A DNA stretch of 63,468 nucleotides, the filler included, from Octopus bimaculoides (lineage: Eukaryota), in the NCBI RefSeq assembly GCF_001194135.2. It is 6 parts of 6 records of this genome, joined end to end, with 100 filler letters (N's around TTAATTAATTAA, not from the genome) between each part and the next. Parts side by side here need not be neighbours in the genome. Positions count along the whole stretch, not along the records: positions 1 to 11,791 come from NC_068981.1; positions 11,892 to 18,089 come from NC_068982.1; 4 more parts are not named here. The stretch is one strand, 5' to 3'. The position numbers and the translations under genes are program-made. The stretch's first letter is position 1; every line of letters starts with the position of its first letter. Shown here piece by piece: positions 1-13,943 of this stretch. Under the pieces are notes generated by a model that saw nothing but the letters and a program-made list of their open reading frames with translations, was not told where the DNA came from and did not search any database.

Positions 1-164
1 TATATACGACGGGCTTCTTTCAGTTTCCGTCTACCAAATCCACTCACAAGGCTTTGGTTGGCCTGAGTCTATAGTAGAAGAAACTTGCACAAGGTGCCAC
101 GCAGTGGGACTGAACCCGGAACCATATGGTTCGTAAGCAAGCTACGTACCACACAGCCACTCCT
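1..164 (-). mobile_element. tRNA-derived SINE, family A (CORE-like centre), followed by (TA)n
   Basis: Reverse complement reads ...GTGTGGTACGTAGCTTGCTTACGAACCATATGGTTCCGGGTTCAGTCC...CACCTTGTGCAAG...GAAAGAAGCCCGTCGTATATA. At least 8 similar copies occur in the window. Confidence 0.85.
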
Positions 165-203
165 CACAAAACTGACATATGCTTACTATAGATCAGAACT
201 CAC

Positions 204-271
204 AACTCGAAAGTTGGCAGGCCAACATTTTCGCACTGTGGCTATTTCATCTTTCAAAAAGCAAAATAATG
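204..271 (-). CDS. Candidate internal coding exon (xLFCFLKDEIATVRKCWPANFRV)
   Basis: Acceptor TTTATTTTCTACGCTTCAG, donor GTGAGT (alternative GTAAGC donor would end the exon at 187). Only one frame (phase 1) is open. No homology recognised. Confidence 0.3.
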
Positions 272-950
272 CTGAAGCGTAGAAAATAAATACAGGCGGT
301 TTACAAGTTTTCTGACAACAAAATAATAGGCACATATATAAAACATTGAATTTTTCCATACATTGCTTTCTATATACTGCCAAAATAATATCTGATTACT
401 TCACATATAGAATGCTCATTATATTCCAAATCATGAATCTCATTAAGCCAAAAAAAGCATCATGTAATCTCGTTTTCCGTCGAATCGAATGAATTCTGAA
501 CGAAATACATGGTCTGTTTTTAAATAATATATTTAAAAAATACTTTTGCAAACATGGGATCTGTCTGTAAATTATTCTAGAAATTTAATGGATTTTAAAT
601 GTATGTCTCATGCGAAAAAAATCTTTCATATAATGGTCAGGAGATGTTCAGAAGAAAATCAAAATTTAATTCTGGAAGTTGCAAAGGATTGAAATAATTA
701 AATCGGAAATTACAATGTTAACATTCACGCGAACCCGGAAATTTACATTTTGCATTTCAAGATTGACTGTCATGTAGAGTTAAATATTATTGTCCACTCG
801 TATGGACAACACCACTAAAAATTATGCGTGATTATTCATTCAGTTGAGTATATGCATGTATATCATTTATTATTTGTCAACAAATTTGAAGTTAAACATC
901 TCAAGAAAAAATATGTTGCCCTAATTTGACGTACAAGCAGCAGTATTCTG

Positions 951-992
<42 letters not shown>

Positions 993-1390
993 NNNNNNNN
1001 NNNNNNNNNNNNNNNNNNNNNNNNNNNNNNNNNNNNNNNNNNNNNNNNNNNNNNNNNNNNNNNNNNNNNNNNNNNNNNNNNNNNNNNNNNNNNNNNNNNN
1101 NNNNNNNNNNNNNNNNNNNNNNNNNNNNNNNNNNNNNNNNNNNNNNNNNNNNNNNNNNNNNNNNNNNNNNNNNNNNNNNNNNNNNNNNNNNNNNNNNNNN
1201 NNNNNNNNNNNNNNNNNNNNNNNNNNNNNNNNNNNNNNNNNNNNNNNNNNNNNNNNNNNNNNNNNNNNNNNNNNNNNNNNNNNNNNNNNNNNNNNNNNNN
1301 NNNNNNNNNNNNNNNNNNNNNNNNNNNNNNNNNNNNNNNNNNNNNNNNNNNNNNNNNNNNNNNNNNNNNNNNNNNNNNNNNNNNNNNNNN

Positions 1391-1439
<49 letters not shown>

Positions 1440-1441
<2 letters not shown>

Positions 1442-1610
1442 ATATATATATTGAGTGAAAACACCTAAAGTTCCACAAGTCTTCGGCAGGGTATTGTGGA
1501 GAATCCTGCTGTACTCTTTCACCACAACTTTCTCTCACTCTTTCGTCCTGATTCTGTTGTACCTGTATTTCAAAGGGTCAACCTTTTCACACTGTGTGTC
1601 ACGCTGACTA
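1440..1610 (+). mobile_element. Partial SINE, family B
   Basis: GAAAACACCTAAAG...CCTGCTGTACTCTTTCACCACAACTTTCTCTCAC matches the full copies at 8479 and 30067. Confidence 0.75.
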
Positions 1611-2739
1611 TATGAATATATGAATATATATATATATGTGTGTGTGTGTGTGTATGTGTGTGTTGAATATATATATATATATATATATATATTCCATAGA
1701 TGAGATCCATAGATTCTCAGTATAGAAGACACTCAATAGTGCTCAAATATTAAAACTTAGACTGCCCAATCAAAATTACTCCATTGTGAAAAAACTATGT
1801 TGAATTTTTCATAATCATTGAAAGCACTTTCTAAATGTACAAGTAGCATCAATGAAATATTAAGCTTGTATCTTGTTTGTGAATTGGGGTCCCTGATGTA
1901 CATTTCTGAAAGCTTTCTGTTGATTCATTCACACTTTTCTGTCGATTGTTTGCGCTCTCTTAAAATGGACTAAAATTACAAACTAATTTTCAAACATGCA
2001 ACCATTTGATACAAAGGGAAACATAACGTATGCAAGTTTAAAAATTGATAGCCACCAAGGCAGTAAGAAAAATACACAATCGAGTCCAAAGGCTGTTAGA
2101 AATAGCAGCCAATCCCTTCTAATATTACACGCATTTTTCCTCAAATAGTAAGTGAAAATTTGCTAACATATTAAAATTATCGAAGCAAAACTGTGGCATG
2201 ATCAATATATGAATAATAATTTTGCTTGTTGGATCAGTGTTGGTCTTGGGTCAAAAATACTGACAATTATAATTAATAATACTGTTGCATAAATTAAAAA
2301 TAAAGAATGCGGAGAGAAAACATATTCTCTATTAGGATTTGAACATTTAGCTACGAGGAGGAAAAGTAATAGCTATCTCAAAGGATGAATAGAGTACTTA
2401 AACCAACAGCGATATCACTAGGTCTTTCAGGTTAAATAAAAATAGAAACAAAAGCATTCAGAGAGCGCAAATCTCTACCAAGGCAGCACCAACGTCCTCT
2501 CAATGATTAGCCAGAGATGATTTTTAAAATGAGGATATCTGAAATAAATTCGGCTGCTCTCACAAACAACAATACTAAAAATGAACCCGACCGCTCTCAA
2601 ACATGAAGTGAAAATACTGGAAAAATAATCTAGAATCCTTGTCCGGTACCTGATCAATTTCAATGGTAGTCATGGAATGTGAAGGTGGCTGTAGAAAACT
2701 TAGTAGCAGTAATAAATAGTTTATTCTTATCAAATACAA

Positions 2740-3045
2740 GCCAAAGTTAACAAATTCACCATTCAAAATAGTTACACCCTAAAGGGAGATAATTGAGAAA
2801 GATTTGGAAGTTAACGTAAGATTGTAATCCCGTTAAGTAAAGTAAATATAACAAATAATCCAGAATCCTTGTCCGGTACCTGATCGATCCCAAAATCTAA
2901 TCAGTTCGTGCCAATCACGAGGACAAACATCACTGAAAGTTTCATTCAAATCCATCGAGCGGTTCTTGAGATCTCTTGTGCACGGACAAACAAACACGAC
3001 TGAAAATAATACCGCCGCCTTCGCTAAGCCGGAGATAATAAAGAT
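2740..3045 (+). mobile_element. Non-autonomous Helitron/Helentron-associated (HINE/DINE-like) element
   Basis: Contains a CGGACAAACAAAC tract and an imperfect GC-rich 3' hairpin ACCGCCGCCTTCGCTAAGCCGGAGAT followed by an A-rich end. A 35-bp segment (AATAATCyAGAATCCTTGTCCGGTACCTGATC) is duplicated at ~2625 and ~2855. Confidence 0.45.
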
Positions 3046-3600
3046 ACTCTAAGGCTTATTTATTATTCTTCTGAGAATATTTATGTTCAATTTACTTAAA
3101 ATACATACAGATTAATTGGCCATTCTATTTTGAGTCAAGCACACAAGGTCGAGAAATTAGCTCCACTCAAACTAGAAGCGCAACAGAGTTTCAGTTATGA
3201 CTTTAAACTGGTTCGATTCTCAAGAGCTGTCTGCGCAAAATGCGTGAACGTCTGAAATTTATTCTGTCTCCATCTAAAAGATATTTGTCTCAACTTAAAG
3301 GCAATGTCATGTATTAGTCCATTTAATTACATACGTCTTTTACGATATCACCTTCCTCTTCTAATGTAATACATTGTTTCACTAATAGTTATTTTGCAAA
3401 AATAGTTACATTCGAGATCTGATCTTGATCAGAATACATTTTTATCTCGATTTTTCAATTTGCCTTTTAAGAATTTTAATCCGAAATAGTGAGCTGAAAG
3501 CAATATTGTTTTAAGTATTGTTGTACATGATTAATTAAGCCTTGACGTCAGTACCTAGCACGGCTGCAGTTAATGACTGAGACCAGTGCACACACACACA

Positions 3601-3691
<91 letters not shown>

Positions 3692-4999
3692 ACACACATA
3701 CACACACACGCATACACACAAAAATACAGAAATATAGTACTTAATTTATTTACAGTTGCTTAATATAAATAGTATAAAAGTGTTTTATGTGTAAAACTTC
3801 GACTTTGATTTTGTTCCATAGCACATCTGACTATTATGCTTTGTACATAAGAGATAATGTATTCGGTTTCTTACTCTTAGTTTTAACTGTACACAAATAG
3901 ACGGTACCAGGCAGAATAATAGAGACTGTTATATTTTCACAAGACCCAATACACTATATTCTTAGAAAAGTACACGCTGTATAATTTTGATGTTGATGCC
4001 TTTCACTGGACCATTAATCAAAATGTATTCAATGGGCTTTATCCAATGACTGAAACAGAATCAATGTCTGACTTTGCGATACTTGTTACAGAAGCAAGTA
4101 GCTCAACAGTTTTTGTCTAATAAAGTAGCAGTGAACTCTCTGTAGAAATTTCTAGCAAGTTACACTCTTTTGATATATTGATCTCCCGCATAGACATACC
4201 CACACTCACTTTAGCTTTTGATGGGAGAAAATGATCTAATATACCGACTTCATTACTTGACTGGTACAATCTATAATCGGCACTGGATAGATGAAGAGCA
4301 TAGTTTACTCTGACGGGTTTTGAACTTTTAACATATAAGGGTGTAAACACCGATAAAAAACATTATACCAAATGCTATACTGTATACAAAGCCCATGTGT
4401 AATAAATTAATACGTTGCTTTTTTTATTGATCTGTGAGTGAATTTTTAGGCTATGTTCAACGCAAGTGAATTTCAAATCAGGACCGAAATGGATTATACT
4501 AAACGCTGAAGTGCTTTTTATGTGCAGCACTCTGTTCTCTTGGGTACGTATCTTCAGTGCTATCTTACATATTGTAACAAAAATATAGCCCAAAAGCACA
4601 AACATAAATGTGCATGCATTCATACTCGAAAAGTGCTCATTAGTCTAATTTTATAAAACTTTTTCCATCATAAGGTTTGCCAATCAGTTTTCATACAGGC
4701 TGATTATGTTTAATAATTCAATTAGATCAGAGGAGAGAGAAAAGGAGAAACAGAGAAAAAAGTTTCTAGCAAAAGAATTCAAAAATTTGTTAAATGTAAT
4801 AAATGAGAAGGAAAAAAAAAAAGCAGGTAAAAATAAACAAATAAAAATCGAATATATTGAATATATCAGTTAATTTTTCTTTGCTTATTTTTTGTCGTTG
4901 CTTTTCTAGCTGTTTTATTCATTTAGAGAATCTGGTCTTGGGCTCTCGTCAAATGATCGGCAAATCTCTCCATCGGATGATTTTCAAATATTTGTTTTA

Positions 5000-5091
<92 letters not shown>

Positions 5092-6387
5092 ACATATATT
5101 GTTTTAGATATTTCACCCTCCGGCGGTAAACGACCGGTAATAGGACTATCAAGAAGCGCAGATGTATCCTAATTACACCTAGAGGCAAATGTGCTTACGT
5201 CCAATGAAAGTTGTTACATAAATTTTCTGGATTTATAGCACTTGATGTGCTTGTTTTTGTGTGCTATTCTCTCCTCTGCCACCTGATTACGAATATTTTT
5301 TTCCGTTTTTGATTTAAGTTTATATATTTTTTTATTGTTGCGATCATGCTGAAGTATGAACATCGTTACATGACGAACAAATTATTTCCAGGCATTTTAG
5401 TTACATAGAATCCCGATCTTAGTTTAAATCTTGATGAAGTCAAATTGGCTTTTTATTCTACTAGTTAAAATTTGATAAATCACCTTACACGGGACACTCT
5501 ACTTGGCAATACTCGTCCCTAAAATTAATAGCCTTATGTCTAGAGTGCCGCAAGAGTGTCTCACGGTATTTCTTAGGGCTATTTACGTTTTGGGTTCAAA
5601 TCCTGCTAAGGTCAAGTTTACGTTTCATTCTTTTGGGCTTGATATAGAATAAAAAATATCGACTAATCCACATCCATGTCAAAGTATCTGGATTTGAACA
5701 TAAATCAGAAACCATTATCATTGTTAACCTTTAGCACGCTCTATTCTCTTTAGAATTGTTTCCCCTGCAACTGCCCTGTTACTGCAGGGGAGATAACACA
5801 TATGGTGACATGATGCATGTGCTAAATGTCAATGGTGTTTGTAGTAATTTGTAGAACTAAAGGAACACAGTAACAAATATAGTTTCATATACAAATATTT
5901 CGTTACCTTTTGGCTTTAAACATGCGAAAATTGAATTCATGAAGGAATAAAATTATAATTTATTTAAATAGGTGTGGGATAAGAAAACAAGCTTTATGAA
6001 AGCAAAAGGAAAGAGGAATTAGAATAAAGCAATATGTGTTGGAACAAATTTCAAAATTTATGAAAAAGCATACAAATGTTACTCTCTTCATCAATCTCTT
6101 TTTTTTTTAATTTCTGATTCAAATTTCTATTAAGGTATACTTTGCTTTTCATCCTTGAACTATTAATACAATAAGTATAATGTACTAAAGCACTCGACTA
6201 CTTTCTTCATTATATCTCCCATATTGTGAAAGTAATTATAAGTATTTATCTTATTTTCATTCTGACTCAGTCATACTTCTGTCTCTTGGGAGGTCTGTTA
6301 TGGTTACTAACGCTCACACGTGAGATTGATTGAATGATTTCTAAAACTCTCAGACTTTTCTGAATAAATTCTCTTTCTCCTCTCTTT

Positions 6388-6406
6388 CGTCGTCGTCGTC
6401 GTCATT

Positions 6407-6437
<31 letters not shown>

Positions 6438-6990
6438 ACAACAACAACAACGGCAACAACAACAACAACAACAGCAACAACACCATCACCATTAACTCCT
6501 CTGTCAGTTATACCACGATTTGCAAGTACCATTATTACTCATTGCTCAGATCCAACGTAGGAAAGTGTTTTCTGTTCTTTCATCCACGAGATATAATAAG
6601 AAAATATCTTTCTCTCTTATTCTTCTTCTGTCTGTTCCTTCTTAAAAAGAGAACCAGCACGAATAGCTCTGGATATGCACTGAGACGGTCAAGACTGGAA
6701 TGTCGCCTCGTCCACAAGAAAGCTTGCTGTTGGAGCAATCAAAAAAACACCATCAATCTTTTTATCAACCACGCTTCTCAAACCTCAGAATTTTCATAAT
6801 GCTCTTCATCACAAGTTCCATGTTCTCTTCTTCTTCTTCTTCTTCTTCTTCTTCTTCTTCTTCTTCTTCTTCTTCTTCTTCTTCTTCTTCTTCTTCTTTC
6901 TTTCTTTCTTTCTTTCTTTTTCTCATCCTCCTTCTCATCCTCCTCGTCCTTCTCATCCTCCTCCTCCTTCTCATCATCATCAACATCTTT
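6388..6990. repeat. Compound trinucleotide microsatellites (TCG/TCA/CAA; TCT/TCC)
   Basis: Direct inspection. Confidence 0.95.
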
Positions 6991-8478
6991 ATCAAAATTA
7001 TCATGATTACTGTTAAATTGTTCGCTATTGTATTATTTTGATAATATTCTTATTAGTATATTTGTATGTCATTTTATATTGTGTTCTTTATATTTTACAG
7101 CGAATCATTATAACCAACCTTTTGTAGGATTTAAATTTGTAGCTAATAAAAGCGAAATACTTTTTATGTAGTTTCCTGATATGCTATATATAGGAGCCAA
7201 ACTTTCTTTCAAACTGCAACAATGATATGTTAGGAAAAACAGCACTTAACACAATCTAAGGTACACAATAAGGTACACAATACCTCTATAAAGGTGTGAA
7301 AACATATTATTATATCAGAGATCAGTTCAATCAGATCCAACCTGGGGCAATAACGATAATAGGAGCAACAGCAACGAGATTGGTAACAGACTGATTTTTC
7401 GGGCTGTCTATAATTCAAATCCATAGTATATAATGTAGCACTACATAAAATCACTGAGAAGCTAAAAAGAAAACGAGGAAGCTACCCTGGAGAAATCATT
7501 ACATCAGTATTATGAAAATTCTATGATAACTACTGCTAGTATCACAAGAAATTGGTTGTTTCAGCAACAAAACGCTTCCAAATGCTACCGAACAATAGCC
7601 AATCTAAATTCAAAGTAGCGAGGACATTGCAGTACGGAATAGTATATTGCACAAGGACTAATATATTCGTACGTTGATACGTTCCCACAACATCTGATGA
7701 CAAGTCGCGAACTTTGGACAGAAAATTCCAGTACTTAGTTGGCAAAAATATTAAAACAAGTCTTCTAGAATCTGCTTTCTCTATCCATGATTTTAAAGGT
7801 AGAACGCTCATTTACATTATGTCACTTTCGTCATCTATTTGGACACAAAGATGCTAGTACACCCTTAAAATAGTGGCAATTTCTCATTTTTGAAAGATCT
7901 TGTATTTCTTTCCATTAGTTAACGTAAACTTTATATATATTATCATACTAGAGTTGTAAGCGTGTGATATTTAACACGTATCTACAACAAATCTGGTAAC
8001 ATTTCAACGAAGAAAATTGTTAAGTAGATTAACGATATACATGAATGTCAGTAGATGAACATGTTGATTAATTGATGGAAAATGAACGTTATGAGAGCTG
8101 GCAGTTGATAGTGACAACAATCTTGCCGACGGATATGTTCCCAGCGTTGAATAAAGAGGGAAAATGACTTCAGTAAAGAGAGAAAAAGTAAAGCTTCGAT
8201 CTTGCCAAAGCATTAGCGCATAACAGCGTCAGGTAATTAATTTCTAGCAATTGGCAGAAGTACGGATACATTGATGGTTGCATCATCCAGGAAATGCGGA
8301 AGAATTAGGATGTAAGTTGTGAGTGTTGTGTGAGTAATGATACTATAAAACGGAGTTATAGTGTTGCAGCTATATCAGAGGGTTAGAGTGGCCAAATGCG
8401 TGGAAGTGAACACAAGTATAACCATCATGTTGTTGAAAGAAAGGATATAAATATATTTACTTTACTCCGATTCTCAGT

Positions 8479-8860
8479 GGAGGCGCAATGGCCCAGTGGT
8501 TACGGCAGCAGACTTGTGGTCATAGGATCGCGGTTTCAATTCCCAGACCGGGCGTTGTGAGTGTTTATTGAGCGAAAACACCTAAAGCTCCACGAGGCTC
8601 CGGCAGGGGATGGTGGCGAACCATGCTGTACTCTTCCACCACAACTTTCTCTCACTCTTACTTCCTGTTTCTGCTGTGCCTGTAATTCAAATGGTCAGTC
8701 TTGTCACACTGTGTTACGCTGAATATCCCCGAGAACTACGTTAAGGGTACACATGTCTGTGGAGTGCTCAGCCACTTGCACGCTAATTTCACGAGCAGGC
8801 TGTTCCGTTGATCGGATCAACTGGAACCCTCAACGTCGTATGCGACGGAGTGCCAACAAC
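8479..8860 (+). mobile_element. Full-length tRNA-derived SINE, family B
   Basis: Head GGAGGCGCAATGGCCCAGTGGTT with a B-box-like GGTTTCAATTCCC; tail ...CGACGGAGTGCCAACAAC. Near-identical to 30067-30462. Confidence 0.9.
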
Positions 8861-9249
8861 TCCGATTCTACAGCACTTGTTCGGAAATATAGCATGGGCA
8901 ATTTGGATGTTGGAGAAATTGAACCACCTACACAGCTATAAAACTGCTAGCCTCCTTTATTCACGAACGAAACAATTTCTGTAAGGTGACAGATATGACG
9001 TAACTTCCGTTTGATATCATACATTACATATCTGTTTACTGTATGAAAACGTGTTTAACACCTGTTTTTTAAAATTTTATTTCCAATGCATCAGTTAATT
9101 ATTCAGATCCAGTTAGCACAGTGCAATCAAGTATGATTTTTTTTACCATTCAACAACAATTTTCGTTTGTTATGCTCATGACAATGATCAAAATGGCTAT
9201 CAACAGCACCACTGCTACCACTACTAGCACCATTACACATAACCAGCAG

Positions 9250-9300
9250 CAGCCCCACCAACACCACCACCACCACCACCACCACCACCACCACCACTAT

Positions 9301-9362
<62 letters not shown>
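9250..9362. repeat. (CAC)n-(TAC)n microsatellite
   Basis: Direct inspection. Confidence 0.95.
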
Positions 9363-9556
9363 TATGCATTTCCTCAACCAAAATAGGTGATTTTGGCGGT
9401 CCATCATTGTGTATTATAATTTATGCATTTATGAATGCGTTATAACAATATATGCATATTTCAATTTAAAATCAGAAAACAGAAATTGAATATTGTGTGA
9501 CATTTTTCTGATTTGGAAGATGTTTTGTATATGCTACCATTTCTATCGATGACCCT

Positions 9557-9849
9557 CATATCAAAGATGGCGTATAAGCTCCATTGTGGGTATTCCTGAA
9601 GTCTTTCACAACCACACCCTACACAGAGTAATCCATAGGATTACCACCAGGTGTATTAGTATGTAAGAAATTGGGGCAAGTGAAATCGTAGAAATTCTCC
9701 ATGAACCACTTCTGACACTTTTCGGGTGCAAGGCACAGGGTCGAATGCTGGGGCCACATATATAACTTTTAAGCAGTAACCCTCTTACGTCCAGGACGAA
9801 CCACAATCTTCAGCAGCTTTGCAAAGCCGTCTGAATTGCGTCTGAGGCC
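9557..9849 (-). mobile_element. Decayed Tc1/mariner (maT/rosa-like) transposase, C-terminal catalytic part
   Basis: One frame reads GLRRNSDGFAKLLKIVVRPGRKRVTA*KLYMWPQHSTLCLAPEKCQKWFMENFYDFTCPNFLHTNTPGGNPMDYSV*GVVVKD. This matches the WQQDSAPxH...QKWL.ENF.DF...WPPNSPDLNPMDY.VWG motif with stops. Confidence 0.8.
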
Positions 9850-11197
9850 CTGTTAATCAGTTGTTGGATGAACTCCAGCGAGCAGACGCAGTCAGAACGT
9901 CAGCTGTGTCTCTTATTGTTGAACAAAGCTGCATAGTTTCCTGTTAATCTGTCCCTGTCACGTCTTACAACTTTAGAGTGTTTACCGAGCATTGGGTAGC
10001 AACCATGATATCAATATTTTGATACCCGGCGCGAGTTGTTATGATATAGATAACTCTTTTCTAATATTCTGATGGTTTCCAATACTCCATGTCAACTAAT
10101 TTTTTCTCAACTTCAACTTTAACCATTATACTTTCCAACAACGTTGACTGCTCACCAATACATCAAACTGTTCCCGAAGAAAAAATGTAAATAATTGTCA
10201 AATCTAGCCTAAACACCGAGTATATATATAACATACGCATATAGTCTCATATGCACAATCCTCGTCTCTTAAAAATAACGCTGACAAAAGTGATTGCTCA
10301 GTATAAGAATTATAGAATTCTGTATGGTGTGCTATAGAATCTGCATTCAATTCCCACTTCAATCTACAGTTAACTTAAATTTATACATTTTCTGAAGTCA
10401 GGACAATAAAACATTTAGATTTTCTTTGCCTAAAAATGCTGTTGTGCTTAGCTAAAAAATCCAGTATATCACTAAAGTGAGAGTACAATTATTTTTTTTT
10501 ACACCAAATCATTTACAAAATTTTACAAAATAAGATATAAAATTTTCTATTTCTAGTCTGGTATTTAAAAAAAAATTCAAATCATCTCGAATTTGTTTTG
10601 TTTTAATTCAAATAGAGTGGATGAAATTATTTCCAGTTGTGTAATGGAGCCATTTTCGAAGACACGAATTTCTAAACAATTCTCTCCCAGACCCCTCCGT
10701 ATTTGATATATCTANNNNNNNNNNNNNNNNNNNNNNNNNNNNNNNNNNNNNNNNNNNNNNNNNNNNNNNNNNNNNNNNNNNNNNNNNNNNNNNNNNNNNN
10801 NNNNNNNNNNNNNNNNNNNNNNNNNNNNNNNNNNNNNNNNNNNNNNNNNNNNNNNNNNNNNNNNNNNNNNNNNNNNNNNNNNNNNNNNNNNNNNNNNNNN
10901 NNNNNNNNNNNNNNNNNNNNNNNNNNNNNNNNNNNNNNNNNNNNNNNNNNNNNNNNNNNNNNNNNNNNNNNNNNNNNNNNNNNNNNNNNNNNNNNNNNNN
11001 NNNNNNNNNNNNNNNNNNNNNNNNNNNNNNNNNNNNNNNNNNNNNNNNNNNNNNNNNNNNNNNNNNNNNNNNNNNNNNNNNNNNNNNNNNNNNNNNNNNN
11101 NNNNNNNNNNNNNNNNNNNNNNNNNNNNNNNNNNNNNNNNNNNNNNNNNNNNNNNNNNNNNNNNNNNNNNNNNNNNNNNNNNNNNNNNNNNNNNNNN

Positions 11198-11237
<40 letters not shown>

Positions 11238-11675
11238 CAGTGTATGTGTACAATCAGGCTCACACACGCATCGAAAGTGAGCCTGAGTGTGTATGTGTCT
11301 AAGACTGTGTGTTTCCATTCATGCATCTATGCGTGAGCATATAACTAAGGCTGTCTACCACTATATATAAAGAAGAGTTACTATTTCAACTATGTTGCTT
11401 CTACTGTCACCAGCATTTTACATAGTTTATGTAAAACTGCAAAATTCTTAATTTCTTGGAATAGCCGTCGTCATAATTCTCTTAGGCAGATGCACATTCC
11501 AATGTTATTTGAATAGCATATTCCTTTCCGAAAGGAAACACTTTCATCAACATTGACTACCACCTGCCTGTCATCCATAGAACGTAAGTTTACGCGCCTG
11601 CCCTTCATTCTTTCTTCCATTTAAATTATCATGATAAATCGGCATTAATATTTCGGTTCATGACAAAGTATTTTA

Positions 11676-11722
<47 letters not shown>

Positions 11723-11747
11723 ATATCTATCTATCTATCTATCTATA

Positions 11748-11791
<44 letters not shown>

Positions 11792-11891
11792 NNNNNNNNN
11801 NNNNNNNNNNNNNNNNNNNNNNNNNNNNNNNNNNNTTAATTAATTAANNNNNNNNNNNNNNNNNNNNNNNNNNNNNNNNNNNNNNNNNNNN
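11792..11891. other. Artificial scaffold-join spacer (44 N + TTAATTAATTAA + 44 N)
   Basis: Exactly 100 bp. The 12-mer at 11836-11847 is palindromic and has stops in all six frames. Confidence 0.95.
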
Positions 11892-11950
11892 ATATATATA
11901 TATATATATAAATATATATATACATATACTATATATATATATATACATGT

Positions 11951-11989
<39 letters not shown>

Positions 11990-12016
11990 CACACACACAT
12001 ATATATATATATATAA

Positions 12017-12167
12017 AGGACAAGCTTTGTACAGTTTCTATCTTCCAAATTCACTCACAAGGTACATTGGTTGAATCTGGGTTACGGAAGAAATATATCC
12101 CTGAGGTGCCATGTGTTAGGACTGAACCTGAAACCACATGGTTTAGAAGTGAATTTCTTAGCCATGA
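12017..12167 (-). mobile_element. Diverged SINE, family A
   Basis: AAATTCACTCACAAGG...GGTGCCATGTGTTAGGACTGAACCTGAAACCACATGG resembles the other family A copies. Confidence 0.7.
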
Positions 12168-13512
12168 CTATATCTTATGCATATATGATGGCTTAGCTGT
12201 TCTAAACTTTGAAGTTAATGTCAATTTTATTTTGTTGTACTCTAACAAATGTATTGAGTAATCATTCAATTTAGTGTAAAATTGTTTTTGTTATAACATA
12301 AAATCATTAATATATACGTATATATGTATATATATAAAATATATTTATATATTTATTTAAGATAGTCCTCCAGCATCACTACAGCAACTAGCTGGAACCA
12401 CAAAATGAGTAAAAGAACATTAGATATATGTGTATGTGCATAGGAGAATGTGTTTGGGCATGCAGATATGTAGATTATGTAAGAAGCTTACTATCAATAT
12501 TGATACAAAATTATGACAACACACCTAAAGTTTCTTGAGGTGTGTAAAATTACATAAATGTCTATCTGTAGTGCATATGTGTGTATGTGTATGTATGCAC
12601 AAACAACTCTGCTTTTCTCTATGTATTACTGAATCATTGCAACAATTTTATAGGTTAATAAGTGTTGCATAGTTTTGCAAAGCACTGTATAATACAATTA
12701 CACTTACAACATTTTTAATGCATCAATTCATAAGAAATATTATGTACCTACATGGACAATTTCCAAGAATATAAAATGGTAGTAGCAATTACATTAGCAA
12801 ATTCAGTTCACAGAAGCTTGAAAAATGTTGAGAATAAGATGAAAAGGTTTTGTTTGGGGGATTTGGCTATACACCGAAAAATGATATGACTGAAACGAAA
12901 GTTTCGCTTTTGGGTGCATTGGCTAATGGGAAATGAAAAATGTGGTCACTTGTTGTGTGAGCTAAATAATACTATGCTCAGCTATCGAGCCAAATATCTA
13001 CTACTACTACTAATAATAATAATAACAATTATAATAATAGCAATAACATTATCAATGAAGGTAAAGAATATTCTCCTAGAATCACATTATGCACACACTG
13101 TATATACTTACTGCACAAATTCGTCATAAAAGATTTAAAAGCAACAATGCCAAATCGATTATTTTATGCATTCTTTTATATATAAACTGTATACATGATA
13201 TATATTTATATACACACACACACGCACATACATATATACATACATATATAACCGTCAGCATCATAATTTAATGTCCACGTTTCCTGCTTGCAGACAGAGT
13301 TTATTGTTGCAGATTTTTTATACAGTAGGATACTCTTCCTGTTACCAACTCTTACCTGTTTAAAGTAAGGTTATATTTGCCCCTCACCAGAGATTCTCGT
13401 GCAGAATATAGGAAAGGAATGACAGAACTTGCATAACAGTAACAATAATTTTATACAACTATCACACAATTTCAAGACAATAAGATGCAAACATACATAC
13501 GTGTGTGTGTGT

Positions 13513-13570
<58 letters not shown>

Positions 13571-13895
13571 NNNNNNNNNNNNNNNNNNNNNNNNNNNNNN
13601 NNNNNNNNNNNNNNNNNNNNNNNNNNNNNNNNNNNNNNNNNNNNNNNNNNNNNNNNNNNNNNNNNNNNNNNNNNNNNNNNNNNNNNNNNNNNNNNNNNNN
13701 NNNNNNNNNNNNNNNNNNNNNNNNNNNNNNNNNNNNNNNNNNNNNNNNNNNNNNNNNNNNNNNNNNNNNNNNNNNNNNNNNNNNNNNNNNNNNNNNNNNN
13801 NNNNNNNNNNNNNNNNNNNNNNNNNNNNNNNNNNNNNNNNNNNNNNNNNNNNNNNNNNNNNNNNNNNNNNNNNNNNNNNNNNNNNNNNNNNNNNN

Positions 13896-13943
<48 letters not shown>

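Noticed and set aside
3820-4620. Low stop density on both strands with fragments (RIDIPTLTL, LTGFELL) reminiscent of a glutamate-receptor N-terminal domain
   Set aside because: There are multiple stops and a frameshift and no diagnostic motif. ORFs of this length are expected by chance; a blastx hit would be needed.
7270-8232. GAITIIG, LPWRN and FDLAKALAH fragments resembling an ANF-receptor/iGluR ATD; 89-aa minus-strand ORF
   Set aside because: The motifs are in different frames, their spacing does not fit the domain, and the ORF length is within random expectation.
11480-11630. Minus-strand VVVNVDES, similar to a Merlin/ISXO2 DDE motif
   Set aside because: It is a single short motif with no TIRs or further catalytic residues.
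11836-11847. Palindromic TTAATTAATTAA as a biological motif
   Set aside because: It is always centred between two 44-N runs, so it is a synthetic linker.
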